A DNA stretch of 36,314 bases from Jimgerdemannia flammicorona (lineage: Eukaryota). Below the pieces are notes generated by a model. It was given only the letters and a program-made list of their open reading frames with translations, was not told the DNA's origin and did no database searches. Made by a program: the position numbers and the translations under genes. The stretch lies in assembly GCA_003990765.1 (NCBI GenBank), contig RBNJ01000224.1:1-36314 (forward strand). The letters are read 5' to 3'. Below are positions 10,576 through 22,600 of this stretch, in pieces. The stretch's first letter is position 1; each line of letters opens with the position of its first letter.

Positions 10576-12404
10576 TTATTTATTGACAGCATAAATTAGT
10601 TTTAGATAAGTAATATCTTTGAATTTATTCTGAACAAAGAGATGAATATTGTGGTAGAGGTACTCCTAGTATTTTAATTATATAGGAAGAGGCTTAAGTA
10701 CTGAAAATGACAAAGTTTTTATTTTTTCTATAATTTGAAAAGTTGGGGATTTACTAGTCTTTAATAACTTGAATTTCTGAAAAAGACTATTTACAGCTTC
10801 TTGGACTTTCACAGTACTTAAATTAACTCTAGTGAAAAGAAAATATTGAAACTTTTATAAGCTAAGTAATTTTTTAAAGTAAGTTTCTAGACCACTTATA
10901 ATGTTAAAATATTGAAAACCTTCATCATCATTATAACATTAAGCTTTATTTGGTCTAGTAATGCTAGATCTTTTTATCAAATCAATAATATGATCTATAT
11001 AATCTACTATAGTCTTATGATAAAGTCTTTTAATTAATCTGAAGCTACCATCATCTTTGAATTTAGTATAGTCCAGAACTATAAAGTTCAATTTAATACT
11101 TTCATAATAACTAATAATTATCAGATATAGATAAAATCAAAGAGTAGTATTATTTTTATTTTATCTATCTGTATTATTGTATTTAAATATTTCTCACCTT
11201 TATTTAATTGTTTAATTCTATTAAAGATCAGACTAAGTATACTATTTGGACTCTTTCTAAATAGTTCATTTTTATCTAATATATAATTAATTTGCTCATA
11301 TACTACTTTATCTTAGATACTAAACAAATGTACTTTATAAGTACTAAGATAATATACTTTATTAATCTATTGATCTGAATGAGATATATAGATATTTTGT
11401 ACTCAATTATAGCTATAATGAGCCACCATATTAATACTATAATATAGTATCTCATATTTTGCTATAATAATAGAATAATTTTAGTCAATTAGCTCTCTCT
11501 GTTTTTTTATCAACTTGGTGTTTTTGTTATAATAGTTTTATTCTAATTTGGCTTTAGTAAGATGCTCTTTATATCTTTTTAATAAATCCTGAGTCTCTTC
11601 TTCTTTATGAGTTTTAAATTATAAGTCATTCTATAAGTATTGGTAAGTATTATATAAATCAGTTTTAGGGCTTATGATTTGGATATATGGAGTCAACTGA
11701 TGCTATAATTTATAAAACACATTATATTTAAGAACATTCAGAAAAGTGCTATCTTTTAGATCAGCTAAGAAGTTATAGTGAATGGACTTATAACTCATTT
11801 CTACAGATAAAAAGATAATTAATTGGGTAACTCAATTAATATTTCTCACTGAACTGGGTGAACCATAAACTTTGGTATAATTTATGAGAAAATTCTTAAC
11901 CATAGTAAGTATATCTTTGTCAATAACCATCTTGATTTTTTACTAGGATATTCTTTTTATATTACCATAGAGCTATGATAAAAAACCATTATTTAGCAAA
12001 TAATTTCTGATATTTTTAAAATAAGTTTGATCAATTTTCAGCATATTTAAATAGGTTTTCTGGAAAAGAGATGTATTATAATTCTAGTATAGATAGTTCT
12101 CTTATTAGCTTAAGCCCTATTCTTGAGATATCAACTAATATTGATCACTTCTCTATCTATGACTTTGAATTGAGCTATCAAAAAGATATCTTGTTCTAAC
12201 TTAGAGAGAACTTAAAAGGCTTTATGCATCTCAGCAAATACTTTCTTGGAAACTTTAGCTGAGTATCTACAATTATATCTTATTTTTAAAAAATAAAGTA
12301 TCTTCTCATATTTAGTTACATTTTTATCATTTATTATATATATATATATATATTATATACAGTTTGTCTGGTTTTGTTAAATTTCTTATATACAATATAC
12401 ATAC
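10576..12404 (-). pseudogene. DDE transposase, Sola1-like, copy A (central and C-terminal part)
   Basis: Eroded motifs AHYSYN(W)VQNI, VYYLSTYKVHLF, QINYILDKNE, (DN..GQ)NKNN, LNFIVLDYTKFKDDGSFRLIK (consensus GHTKF..D..FGLIK) and C-terminal YLYHNI..FV..KDIT. Stop at 10576-10578. The superfamily call rests on recalled motifs. Confidence 0.75.
12335..12352. repeat. (TA)9 microsatellite
   Basis: Directly visible. Confidence 0.9.
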
Positions 12405-14002
12405 TGTCATGTAATGGTCACTGAGTCCTTCAAATATATCAGATTCTCTTTAAGATATATCTCTTAGACTAACTCAAGTTTTGTTATAAGTAAGTTCTTA
12501 TTGGAGTACCTTTCCAAGATCTTATAGTTCTCAAACTTCATATCTTTAAACTGTCTTGTTATCTTAAATTACTTGTAAGAAATTATATATATTACACTGA
12601 GAGGAACTGACTTTATTTCAGAGAAAATAAGAGGGATATTTATATAAAATATAATTCAATAATTGCTAAGATATAAGACTAAATATAAATTCCAATAACT
12701 AAATAAAATACTGGAATATAGAAAACTGCCAAGTTTGAGTATTAACATAGATAGTTGTATAAGTTCAGAATACTAGTATAATTTTGGTAGTATAGAAAAA
12801 GAGTACTAGAATAATTCTAAGTTATATAAGGTCAGAGTACCAGTAGTGGAATAGCAGTTATATAGAAAAAAAATATAGATATAATTTAGTATAATCTAGA
12901 GCAGAATGTTCAGAACTATGGAGACTTCATCCTCATTAGAGGTCAGGATGTCTTGGTAGAAGATAAGATCAGCTTCATCTATTTTGTATACTTTATTATA
13001 CATTTTGTATATATTGTACTCTTTGCATACTTTACACTCTTCATACATATTGTACAAGATGACATCATTATGGATGACATCATTATGTTTGACAGGAAAA
13101 TTAGGGGCTCTCCAATCTATGAGGTTCTCTTTTACAAAATAGAGAATGAATATAAGATCTTAGAGAGGTCTGATCTGAATACTGAGGCCTTAGAATATAG
13201 AGATCAATTCTTGCAAGAATTGATCTAAGTTGTCCTGGAGGATGGGATATCAGAACTCTTCTATCTCATTACTATTAAGAGTGATAGTAGACTGGACTTC
13301 TGTTATCACTCTGACTTTTAGTATATTGATATAGTGGACTGACAGATCTCTGAAGTCTGTGACTCTAGTATACTCTAAGTTAGGAGATTGACCATAGTGC
13401 ATATCTGAAGATCTGATAAATCTTCTTAGCTATTCTTGTTTTATATATATCCATGGGAGTGGCATCTTGTTATTCTTGAGGGCTAGTCTGAGGGAACTCT
13501 CAGTAGAGAAGGTTTCCTATTTTATACTCCTGCCATATTTAGAGGTATTTGGTAGTAATGGTGATCCTTATTTCTATTTTGTAATAGTAGAAGATAAAGC
13601 AATAAAGATCTCCAGTATCTAGATTGAGGCTAGGAGTTCTTCTTATATGGGTCCTCATGGCTCTTCTGATATCTTAGAACATCCTTTCTTCAACTGAGAA
13701 GCCTTGATGGTTTCTTGATCTTATGATTTGGCAAGCAGCAGATATTTTATTTATAGTAAGTCTTTGAGCTATTTTGGAATTAGTGGGTCTTGTTGAGTTA
13801 CTACTACTGCAGTTTCTTGGTCTTTCTTTTATATTTCTCAAGATATCTGCCCTGTAGTCACAATGACTCACAGTTGATCATCATTACTTATCTTATAGTC
13901 TGGGTAAGTCATACTATATGATCTCTTTGTACTCTGATCTAGTGGCTTGTAAGGAAAGGCTGTCTCCTGTGCTAATGTCATTATTCTGAAGTCACTATTA
14001 CA
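12405..14002 (-). repeat. 3' LTR of the Gypsy element (~1.6 kb)
   Basis: TGTCA...TTACA termini. Direct repeat of 19622-20171 plus 26050-27097. Confidence 0.93.
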
Positions 14003-14351
14003 TCTTTCTCCTAAATATGAATCTTTTCTTATATGTTCTTATTTATTGATCTAATCTAAAAAATTTGCTGATCCCATAACCTCTGGCAGAGAGTTGAAAA
14101 GTGGTATTTATAGGCTGACATCTTTCTTATGTTTTTGGTATGATAGTGAAGAGTCACTCTCTTCATATAGAGTAAGGGCCTGATTCTGATCTTGACCAAT
14201 CAGTTAATAGTTAGAACTCCTCTGGCTTTAAAAGTCTTATGAATAAGTAGTTGCTAGTACTATATCTCTTAGAGAATAGTCTAGACAGATTGCCTGTTGG
14301 TTACAAAATATGCTGTTATAATTTATGAACTAAAACCTCATAGGCAGTCAT
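12900..14351 (-). pseudogene. Putative accessory ORF3 of the Gypsy element, running from the end of pol through the PPT into U3
   Basis: The frame from ATG 14351 is in phase with ORF 13674..13871. It continues (one indel in this LTR, absent in the other LTR) through KTRIAKKI.QIFR...IPNLEYTRVTDFRDLS to HEEYKVCKEYNICEMHNKVHEIDEAD. All stops are explainable by C>T/G>A changes. Confidence 0.55.
14003..14012 (-). promoter_or_regulatory. Polypurine tract (AGGAGAAAGA)
   Basis: Purine run immediately before the TG start of the 3' LTR on the minus strand. Confidence 0.75.
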
Positions 14352-14369
14352 TATGTTTTGCTTCTCTTA

Positions 14370-15560
14370 TATAGATTCATAGTACTTCTTGAGTCTGTTC
14401 CTATATATCATAGTAGGCAGTATGGTTCCTAAGAGTTTTCTAAGCCAGAAGGTAGTTTTCTTGATATCTTACATATAGAAGGGTCCTTCTCATTTGGGCT
14501 CTAGTTTTCATAACTATGAGGCTTCTATCATATTTTGATATAGTAGGACCTTTTCTCTAATTTGGATGGGTTCTAGAGTCTTGTAATTTTTTTCCACATT
14601 CTTCCTTATTAGTGCTTGTAACTTGATGGTATAATCTTTAGCCTTCTTTCTGATTTGATATAGTCTCCAGATTTCTAAGTCAATCTGTCTCTAAGTTAGG
14701 TCTAGATTTATAACTGAGATTCCATCAGAATCTTCTTTTCTGAAGAGCAGTTCTCTTGGGGTAAAGTGTGTACTCTGTGACTATATATCTCATAAGACAG
14801 AGAGAGTAGTTGGGAGGTAGTTATCCCAATTCTTATATATATTTGAGATCTTTGCCAGGATATTCTTAAGGGTCTTGTTGGTCCTTTCTGTTTATCTATT
14901 TCCTTAAGGATGGTATATAGTGGTCTTGATATACTGAATCTTATATTTCTGATACATTATTTCATGGAATCTATTGACAAATTCTGTACCACAGTCTGTA
15001 GTGATTTGCCTTGATGTCTTGTAGCAGCAGATAATTTTTCAGTACAGAAAGTTGGCTATAGAGAGAGCATTGACTTCTTATAATGCTTCTACTTCTATCT
15101 ATTTAGTAAAGAGGTCTATAATAACTATAATGTAGTGATTTCCTAATAGTGTTACTGGTAGTGATCCAATGATATCTATTGCAATGTAGTGGAAAGAGAT
15201 TGGCTCAATTCTTGATAACCTGGGTGTCTGATCTTGCTGATCTTATTTCTGTTTTTGGCACTTATCATACCCTTTGACAAATTGACACAGATCTTCTTCT
15301 ATCTTGGGCCACTATATAGTTCTTCTTGCCTTATTATATATATTGATTCCTCCTAGGTATCCTTGTTTATATACTTTCTTCATTACTTGATACTTCTTAT
15401 GTTCAAGTATTATAAGCTTTTCTTCTTTTCTGAGTGTAATGTTGTCTAGTTCAAATTGTTTCTAAGTCTGGTTGATGATAGTGATAGTCTAGGGTTCAAG
15501 ATGATTAGGCATCTTCTACTGCCTAAGATAGCTGATTAATCTATAGTATAGCTCCTTATT
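14370..15560 (-). pseudogene. Gypsy integrase (zinc-binding domain, DDE core, GPY/F)
   Basis: IAIDIIGSLP, YIIVIIDLFTK, TTDCGTEF, YHP.GN..TERTNKTLK, EGPFY and NRLKKY. Confidence 0.9.
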
Positions 15561-15589
15561 CATATTAAATAGTCTTGATGGAGGTATTT

Positions 15590-16800
15590 TGGGATATCTT
15601 TGAGAGTGCATCAGCATTGATATTGATTCTTCCTGAGCAGTGCTTGACAGTATAGTCATACTCTTGTAGTATCTGATATATATTCCTTTGTGGTTCAGTA
15701 TGTGGAATAGTCAGGCAAGGGCAGAATGGTCTGTTGAATGGTGAAGTATTTCTCAGCCAGATAGTAGTAGAACTTATCTACTGCCCAAACTACTACTAAG
15801 TATTCAAGCTTATATGACTCATAGTTCTGTTCTGCTCTATGGATATCTTGGTTTATATAGGAGATAACATATTCATGTCCATCTTTCTTCTCAGCTAGGA
15901 CTGCTCCAAGTCCTATAGTACTTGCATCTGTCTGCAGGATGAACTCTAGATTTCAATCTGATCTTCTGAGATAGATGTTTGGATCAATCTGGTCTTGAGT
16001 TCATTAAAGATTTCTTGGTACTTCTTGATTTATTCAAACTTGGTCTCCTTCTTCAGTAGCTCATAGATAGGTACTATAATATTGGAGTATCCTTTGATAA
16101 ATCTTCTATAGTAGGAGACCAGTCCAAGGAAGACATAGACTTCTATTGTTATTCTGGATCTTGAGTAGGCTACAACAGCCTCAATCTTTATAGAGTCTAT
16201 ATGGATTCTGGTCTGGTTGATAATGTGACTTAGGTAGGTAATTTCCTGAATATTTCTTGGACTTGATATAGAGGTCATACTCCTTGAATCTCTTGAGGGC
16301 TAGCTATATATAGTTGATATATTCCCTTATAGTATTGCTGAAGATGATCACATTATCAATATAGATAAAGAGCCATTTTCCAATCTCATTACTGAAGACT
16401 CTGTTCATTATTTACTGAAAACTTGCTGAGATATTATATATTCCAAATAGTATTCACAGATAGATGTAGATATTATCAGGTGTGATGAAGGCTAATTTCT
16501 CACTGGCATCTTGAGTGAGGCCAATCTGATAGAAGTCTGAGAACAGATCCAAGGTAGTATAGTATTTGGCTTCATTTTCAAGAGTAGTAAGAATTTTCTA
16601 AATATTCAGCAAAGGCTGCCTATCCTTCTTAGTAATTGCATTGAGCTTCCTATAATCAATACAGAGTCTTAGAGCAAACTCTCCAGGCTTGCTTCCTTTC
16701 TTTAGAGCAAGGACAACAGATAAAGCCTAAGGACTGATAGCTTGCTTGATGATTCCAGTTCTGCTCACAGCTATTCTTTGTAGGCAGGTGGTATGGGTCT
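15590..16800 (-). pseudogene. Gypsy reverse transcriptase and RNase H
   Basis: IDYRKLNAITKKD, LDLFSDFYQI, LYIDNVIIFS, FLGLVSYYRRFIKGYS, QTDASTIGLGAVL, DHSAL and NADALSK. Confidence 0.93.
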
Positions 16801-17034
16801 GGCTTTCTGGTAGATGTACTTGGTATCATCAGTATTGACTTCATAGTAGTATTTAGATTCTTGATTGTGGATATCTCTGAAGTCTGTAGTAAGTACTCCT
16901 TCATTCTAATATAGGATTTTAAGAAGTTGTTCCTCTAGGGGAAAGTTTTCTCTAATGGTATATGTGTACTTGTTCTGGTCCTTTTCTTTCTTATACTCAA
17001 GTTTGGTAATCTTGGTAGTAGTATAGACTCCTCT

Positions 17035-17445
17035 TCCAGTAGATCCAAAGCCTTGTTCTTCTCTCTTAGTCTTGATGAGTTTGATGACTTTAGTGATTTG
17101 GGCTTCTTGACTTTGTGGATCAGCATCTGGCCAATCCTGTCATACTTCTTGATTTTGAATAGAGTGGTGGAGTTGTGATTCCTGACTATAAGGAAGATCT
17201 CACCAGTATAATTAAAGTCAATAACTTCTCCTTTAACTGGGATTTTGCTCTTGATCAGACTGCTTCTAGTCTTGATAATTCTGGCATAGTTCTCTGATAA
17301 CTTGACTCCAATTCCAGTACTAAGTAGAGTAGTGATCTGTAGTTTGAGAGTAGTATCTTGAATACTGGTAAGGTCTATTCCTATGACTCCTTCAGTCTTA
17401 TATTCTGGGATTTTGGCTTCAGGGTAAAACTTCTTAACTTTGAGA
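17035..17445 (-). pseudogene. dUTPase domain within Gypsy pol, between protease and RT
   Basis: All five trimeric dUTPase motifs in order: KIPEYKTEGVIGIDL (I), KTRSSL (II), VIDFNYTGEI (III), DRIGQML (IV) and REEQGFGSTG (V, after one frameshift). Confidence 0.9.
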
Positions 17446-17829
17446 GTAATATCTAGTTCTTATTCCTCCTCATCATCACTATCAGCTTGAAGCTCTGGAG
17501 ACTGGTCATCTTCTTTGGCTTTCTTTTTTACTTCAGCAGCTTCTTGCTCATACTTTTGTTGGTAGATTTTTCTGACTTTACTGATATAGGACTAGTAGTC
17601 ATTCAGGTATTCAGAGCAGTACATCTTAGTATCATGGGGATATCTTCCTTGAGGAGCATAGCCATTGATGATCTTGTTGTACCACTGCTTATCTATAAGC
17701 TTAGATGTCTTACTCTTATTCTTGTTCTTATTCATGAAGACTTCTGTATCCTCTTCTATGTCTGATAGAACTTTTTTGTAGATATTGATAGAGACTTATA
17801 TCTTTCTTTCTCTATAGTTGATTTGTATC

Positions 17830-18150
17830 TTCTGGACATTGAGATCAATAATAGCCTTGGTCTTGTGAAGCCATTGGTTACTAATGAGAATGTCATAGTT
17901 AGTGCTACTTATAACAATCATATCTACTGGAATTGTAGCTTCTCCTATCTTGATGGAGACTTCTCAGATTTTGCCTAAGAGTGTAGCTCAGATACCATCT
18001 GCTATAATATAGATCATCTTAGTAGACTCTTTAATATCCCAGCCTAGATGGTTAATTATCTTCTTACTCATGAGGCATCCTCCAGCACCAATATCAATGA
18101 TGGCATCAAAGATATAATCTTCAATCTGATATGGGGTATAGACTGATGTC
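17830..18150 (-). pseudogene. Gypsy aspartic protease
   Basis: FDAIIDIGAGGCLMS (eroded DTG) and downstream YDILISNQWL..TKAIID. Confidence 0.85.
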
Positions 18151-18199
18151 TTACACTAATCTTCAAATTCTTTACCTAAGTCTTCTTAATTATCTTCTT

Positions 18200-19560
18200 A
18201 TGTATTGTGAGCTTCTATGATCTTATACTCTTGGTTTTTTACTATAGTTGTAAGTCCCACTCTTAACTACTATCTAAAGGCAGAGACTTCAGTTAGTTGT
18301 CTAAAAGTAGCATTGACCTTCTATTTCTTGAGGTCCTTATAGATATTATACTGATAGATCTTAGTCTTGCACAGCTTCTGTTCTTTCTTGCTTTCACTTT
18401 CTCCTGAGACTGGAGTAGTACCTTCAATAATTTGGCAGGCAGTTTTGTCTAACTTTATATCTTGATCAATCTTCTCAGATTGGGTCTTGCTTTGAATAGT
18501 AATAGCTGAAGTCTTCTTTAGTCTTCTAACTGGCTTACTGTTGCTCTTCTTATCATAGGACTTAGACTGGGTTCTAGTACCTTCAGTGAAAAAGTAAAAT
18601 TTAGACTTCTCATAGTATTCTTCATTATTAGTATCACTAATTTCCTCAATAACTACTATATTTATTTATTCTCTGGTTCTGGTAACATTACTTAGTTGGA
18701 CTTTGTGTCTTGTTTTGATCATACGACTCTTTATATAGTAGTCTTCTTCTCTACATCTGAAGTATGTGATATTGTGTTCTTTTATAGTAGCTACAAATCT
18801 CTGTACTGGTCTCCTATTAGTGCTTCAGACTTCTCTAACAATATTACTAAGATATATAGTTATTTCAGCAAACTACTTGGTGAGTTCTTTTACTGGGTCA
18901 GCTTTGGCTATCTTAGTGATAGGTGGGGATAGTTGTCTGTTTACAACTATGATAGGTATGATATTGATTTGTTTTGGCTCCATCTTGATACTAGTAATTT
19001 GCTCTATTAAGTATTCAGTAGAGTATCTAGTAGTTCAATATCTCTATGCAAAGACCACTTTCTGGTCAAGGATTAGAGCAGCTAGAGTAGACCAGATTGC
19101 TAGGGCAATTTCAGAGTGAACTCCTTTAAAGAAGGTTGAATCTGCTATTTGTTCCTTGAGAGCATCATTATAGCCAGCCAAGATAATCTGGTGGCAGATT
19201 TAGTTATAGAATGAGTTAGGATCTTCACTGAGTCTCTGGCAGATAGTGTTGAGTTGATCCTTGAGAGCTTGCTTGATCTCTTCAATATAGTATATTATTC
19301 TGAAGAAGACCTTCATGTTGGCAAGTTTGGCTATACCAGCATCAGTAATAGTGGCTATATTGAACTTGTCTCTAGCAGATCCTCTGAGGCTAACTGATAG
19401 AAGGACTAATTGTGCATCCATAGTAAGAGCTTATATACCAGCAAATTGTTCAAAGTCTTCAATGAAGATCGGGATTGACTCTTTAGTAATATATCCATAG
19501 AATATAGAAGGACATATTTCTATTTTATCTTAAATTCTTATAGGGGTGACTTTTGTAGTC
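18200..19560 (-). pseudogene. Gypsy gag
   Basis: Capsid-like FIEDFEQ...SLRGSARD...ICQRLSEDPNSFY, and an eroded CCHC knuckle (YFRCREEDYYIKS) near 18720-18765. Position between PBS and protease. Bounds approximate. Confidence 0.8.
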
Positions 19561-19605
19561 AGAATAGTTATTGTGGGAGTTATTTGTTTTTCAGCTTGAA
19601 AGTGA

Positions 19606-19618
19606 GGAATGAGTACCA
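19606..19618 (-). promoter_or_regulatory. Primer binding site (TGGTACTCATTCC)
   Basis: TGG begins 3 nt after the CA end of the 5' LTR on the minus strand. The cognate tRNA was not identified. Confidence 0.7.
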
Positions 19619-19621
19619 AGT

Positions 19622-22600
19622 TGTCACATAGTGATCACTGAGTTCTTTAAATATGTCAGATTCTCTTCAAGATATATCTCTTAGACTAACTCAAGTTTTG
19701 TTATAAGTAAGTTCTTATTGAAGTACCTTTCCAAGATCTTATAGTTCTCAAACTTCTTATCTTTAAACTGTCTTGTTATCTCTTAGATTGCTTACAAGAA
19801 ATTATATATATTATATTGAGAGGAACTGACTTTATTTCAGAGGAAATAAGAGGGGTATTTATACAAAATATAATCTAATGATTGCTAAGATATAAGGCTA
19901 AATATAAATTCCAATAACTAAATAAAATACTGGAATACAGAAAACTGCCAAGTTTCAGTGTCAGCATAGATGGTTGTATAAGTTTAGGATACTAGTATAA
20001 TTTTGGTAATATAGAAAAAGAGTGCTGGAATAATTCTGAGTTATATTAAATCAGAGTACTAGTGGTAGAATAGCAGTTATATGGGAAAAAAATGCTGGTA
20101 TAATTCAGTATAACTTAGAGCAGAATGTTCAAGACTATGGGGGCTTCATTCTCATCAGAGATCAGAATATCCAAGGAGTGTTAGACCTTTCTCAGTTACC
20201 ACTCATGTTACATATACTTTTACAATACACTTTCAAGCATTTATTGGAGAAAGGTACTAAGGCAATAGCAACCAACAAGTAAGCTGACATATTTACTAGG
20301 TTGGGTGGACCTGAAGCCTTCAACTGGCAATATATTAGATGTGGATATAAACTATAAATAGGGACATTCAGTAGTCTGAGTGAATAGGGCAGTTCAGATA
20401 GTAGTAGTAGTACTGGAGATAGAGTAGGAGAGCAGAAGGAGAGGAGCTTTGCAGATATATTGAAGAATAGTGGATGGCTTATGAGATCTCATAGAGGATA
20501 GATGGAGAGGAAGAGAAAGCAGAGAGAAGAAGAAGTAGGAGGTACTAGACCTCTGCTAGTAGAAAGAAGAGCTAGTAGTGATATAGCTGGAAATCTAGAA
20601 AAAAATCCAGATGTGACTGCTGATGGGAGGGCTGGGCAGATGGGTTCAAAGAGGAAGAGAGATCTGGCTGATATTGTGATGGGGCTGGTGGTAGCACTAT
20701 TACTCAAGAAGTCAATCTCAGAGTTTGCAGCAATCTTGTGCTTCTGAGGCTTAGCAGTGATAGCAAGGATGGTTCTGGGGATTATCTCAGAGTAAGTGGC
20801 TGGGGTAGCATTGGTGAAATTCCTGAAGGAACTGGAAGAGGTTGAGATGAGATTTGAGGAGGTAATCCTACTGGAGGAAGCTTTGAAGACTGAAGTGGTG
20901 GTAGAAGAGGTAGTAGTCCCTATGGTGTAGTGTTTGAGGTAAGACCCCAGGGTGGTTTAGTTGCTGGTGAAGGGGGTGTCTACAGTGACAAAGGTTGAGA
21001 CTAGGAGGAGGATAGAGGAGGTAATGGTAGAGTATAGTGATATGGTCAATATTAGATTTCAGATATATAAGGGGACTACTTTCTGAATAGGAGATGTTGA
21101 TGTCAGAATTAGACTGGCAGAAAGAGAGGCTACTGGGAAGCTGAGTGACTGGCCTTCAGTTATGATGTAGAGGGCCTTCATCTGTAAGGTATCAAGGGTG
21201 AAGAGGAGTGAGGAAGAGGAGAAGGATCTGCTGAAGACTCTGGAGGAGATGAGCAGAGCAGTTGAGTAGAGGGCAAAGGCCTGGAAGATGTATGAAGAGA
21301 CAATACATTTGGAAATTGTGGATAAGAAGTATATTCATATAGATAAGAGGTAGTGAGAGAGGGCTCAAGGGTACAAGAGACAGAGAGAGTTATTGACAAG
21401 TATGGATAGAGAGATGAAGAAGAAGGCTGATAGAGCTGTAAAGGCTGGAGAAGCTGAGATGAGTATCTGGACTAGTAAGAGAAGAGGGAAGAGAGAGGAA
21501 GATCTAGATGGGGCTGGGAAGATGCCAGGCAGTGATCTATATACTGATGGTATATTCAAGGTCTGAGAAGAGGAATTGGATGATACTCCTCCTCCACTTA
21601 TCAGGAGGGGTCTAGCTGGGAAGAGCAAGGCAGTGAAGGATGTACTGATGCATAGTGCCCAGTAAGTTCACATTAGAGTTCCTGATATAGCAAAAGGGGA
21701 ACAGGTGGTAGCAGTTGGTAAGGATGAGCTAGTGGATATCTCAGAGGAGAGGTGGGATAAGACTACAAGTATAAGAACTAATACTATAATGCTGGATATT
21801 AGGAGGTCAGCAATACCAGGAGGGAAGGAGGTAGGGAACCTACTGTAGATGTATCAGATGATGAATAACTTTGCAGCTGAAGAGTTGGGAGAAGTGGACC
21901 TAAGAGTAATGAGCAAGAAGCATTGGGCACAGATTCTGTATAGAGATAGAGTGATAGAGATGCTGAAGATAGAGGTCCTTATAATTCTTCTGAAGGATGA
22001 GGGGTATGAGATTGATAAGAAGAGGGAGGCTGAGCTAGCTATTGTTGCTAGTGAGAGGGCTGCCTTCTATTGGGTAGACCATTATGGACTAAAACTCTAG
22101 CAGAAGGCCTACCTGGAGTATCATGAAGAATTTGAAGAAAAGGAAGATAGGGAGATGGCTGAACTTCTGGTTGGATTGGAGATAAGGGAGACTGAAGAGG
22201 AGGGATTGGCTGCTGAATGTAACTTGGACATAGCTCAGAAGGCAGACTTGTAGAGGATAAGTAGAACACTACTTATAGATATTTTTCCAATGAATAGTAT
22301 AACTAATATTTTTTCTCTGAACATAAATAGATTATAGGGATCTGGGTGATAGAAGAACATTTTCACTTAGCTAAAGAGATTGGAGGCTGATCTCTTTCTA
22401 CTGTAAGATATATAGTGTGAGGGTGAGGAGGATCAGATAGAGTGGACTAGAGAATGGAGAGAGGCTACTGCTTAGATTGGCAAAGTGATAATTCTGATGA
22501 GAAAAGGTAGAGGAGATTTGGATAGTACTAGGAGCTGGAGGGACCATTTGATCTGGGGAGAATGGCATTAATCTGGGTGGGAGCCAGTAAGAGTTGGCTC

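Noticed and set aside
12953..13228. Plus-strand ORF also present at 26083..26325
   Set aside because: It is duplicated only because it lies in the LTRs. The minus-strand frame is the more protein-like one.
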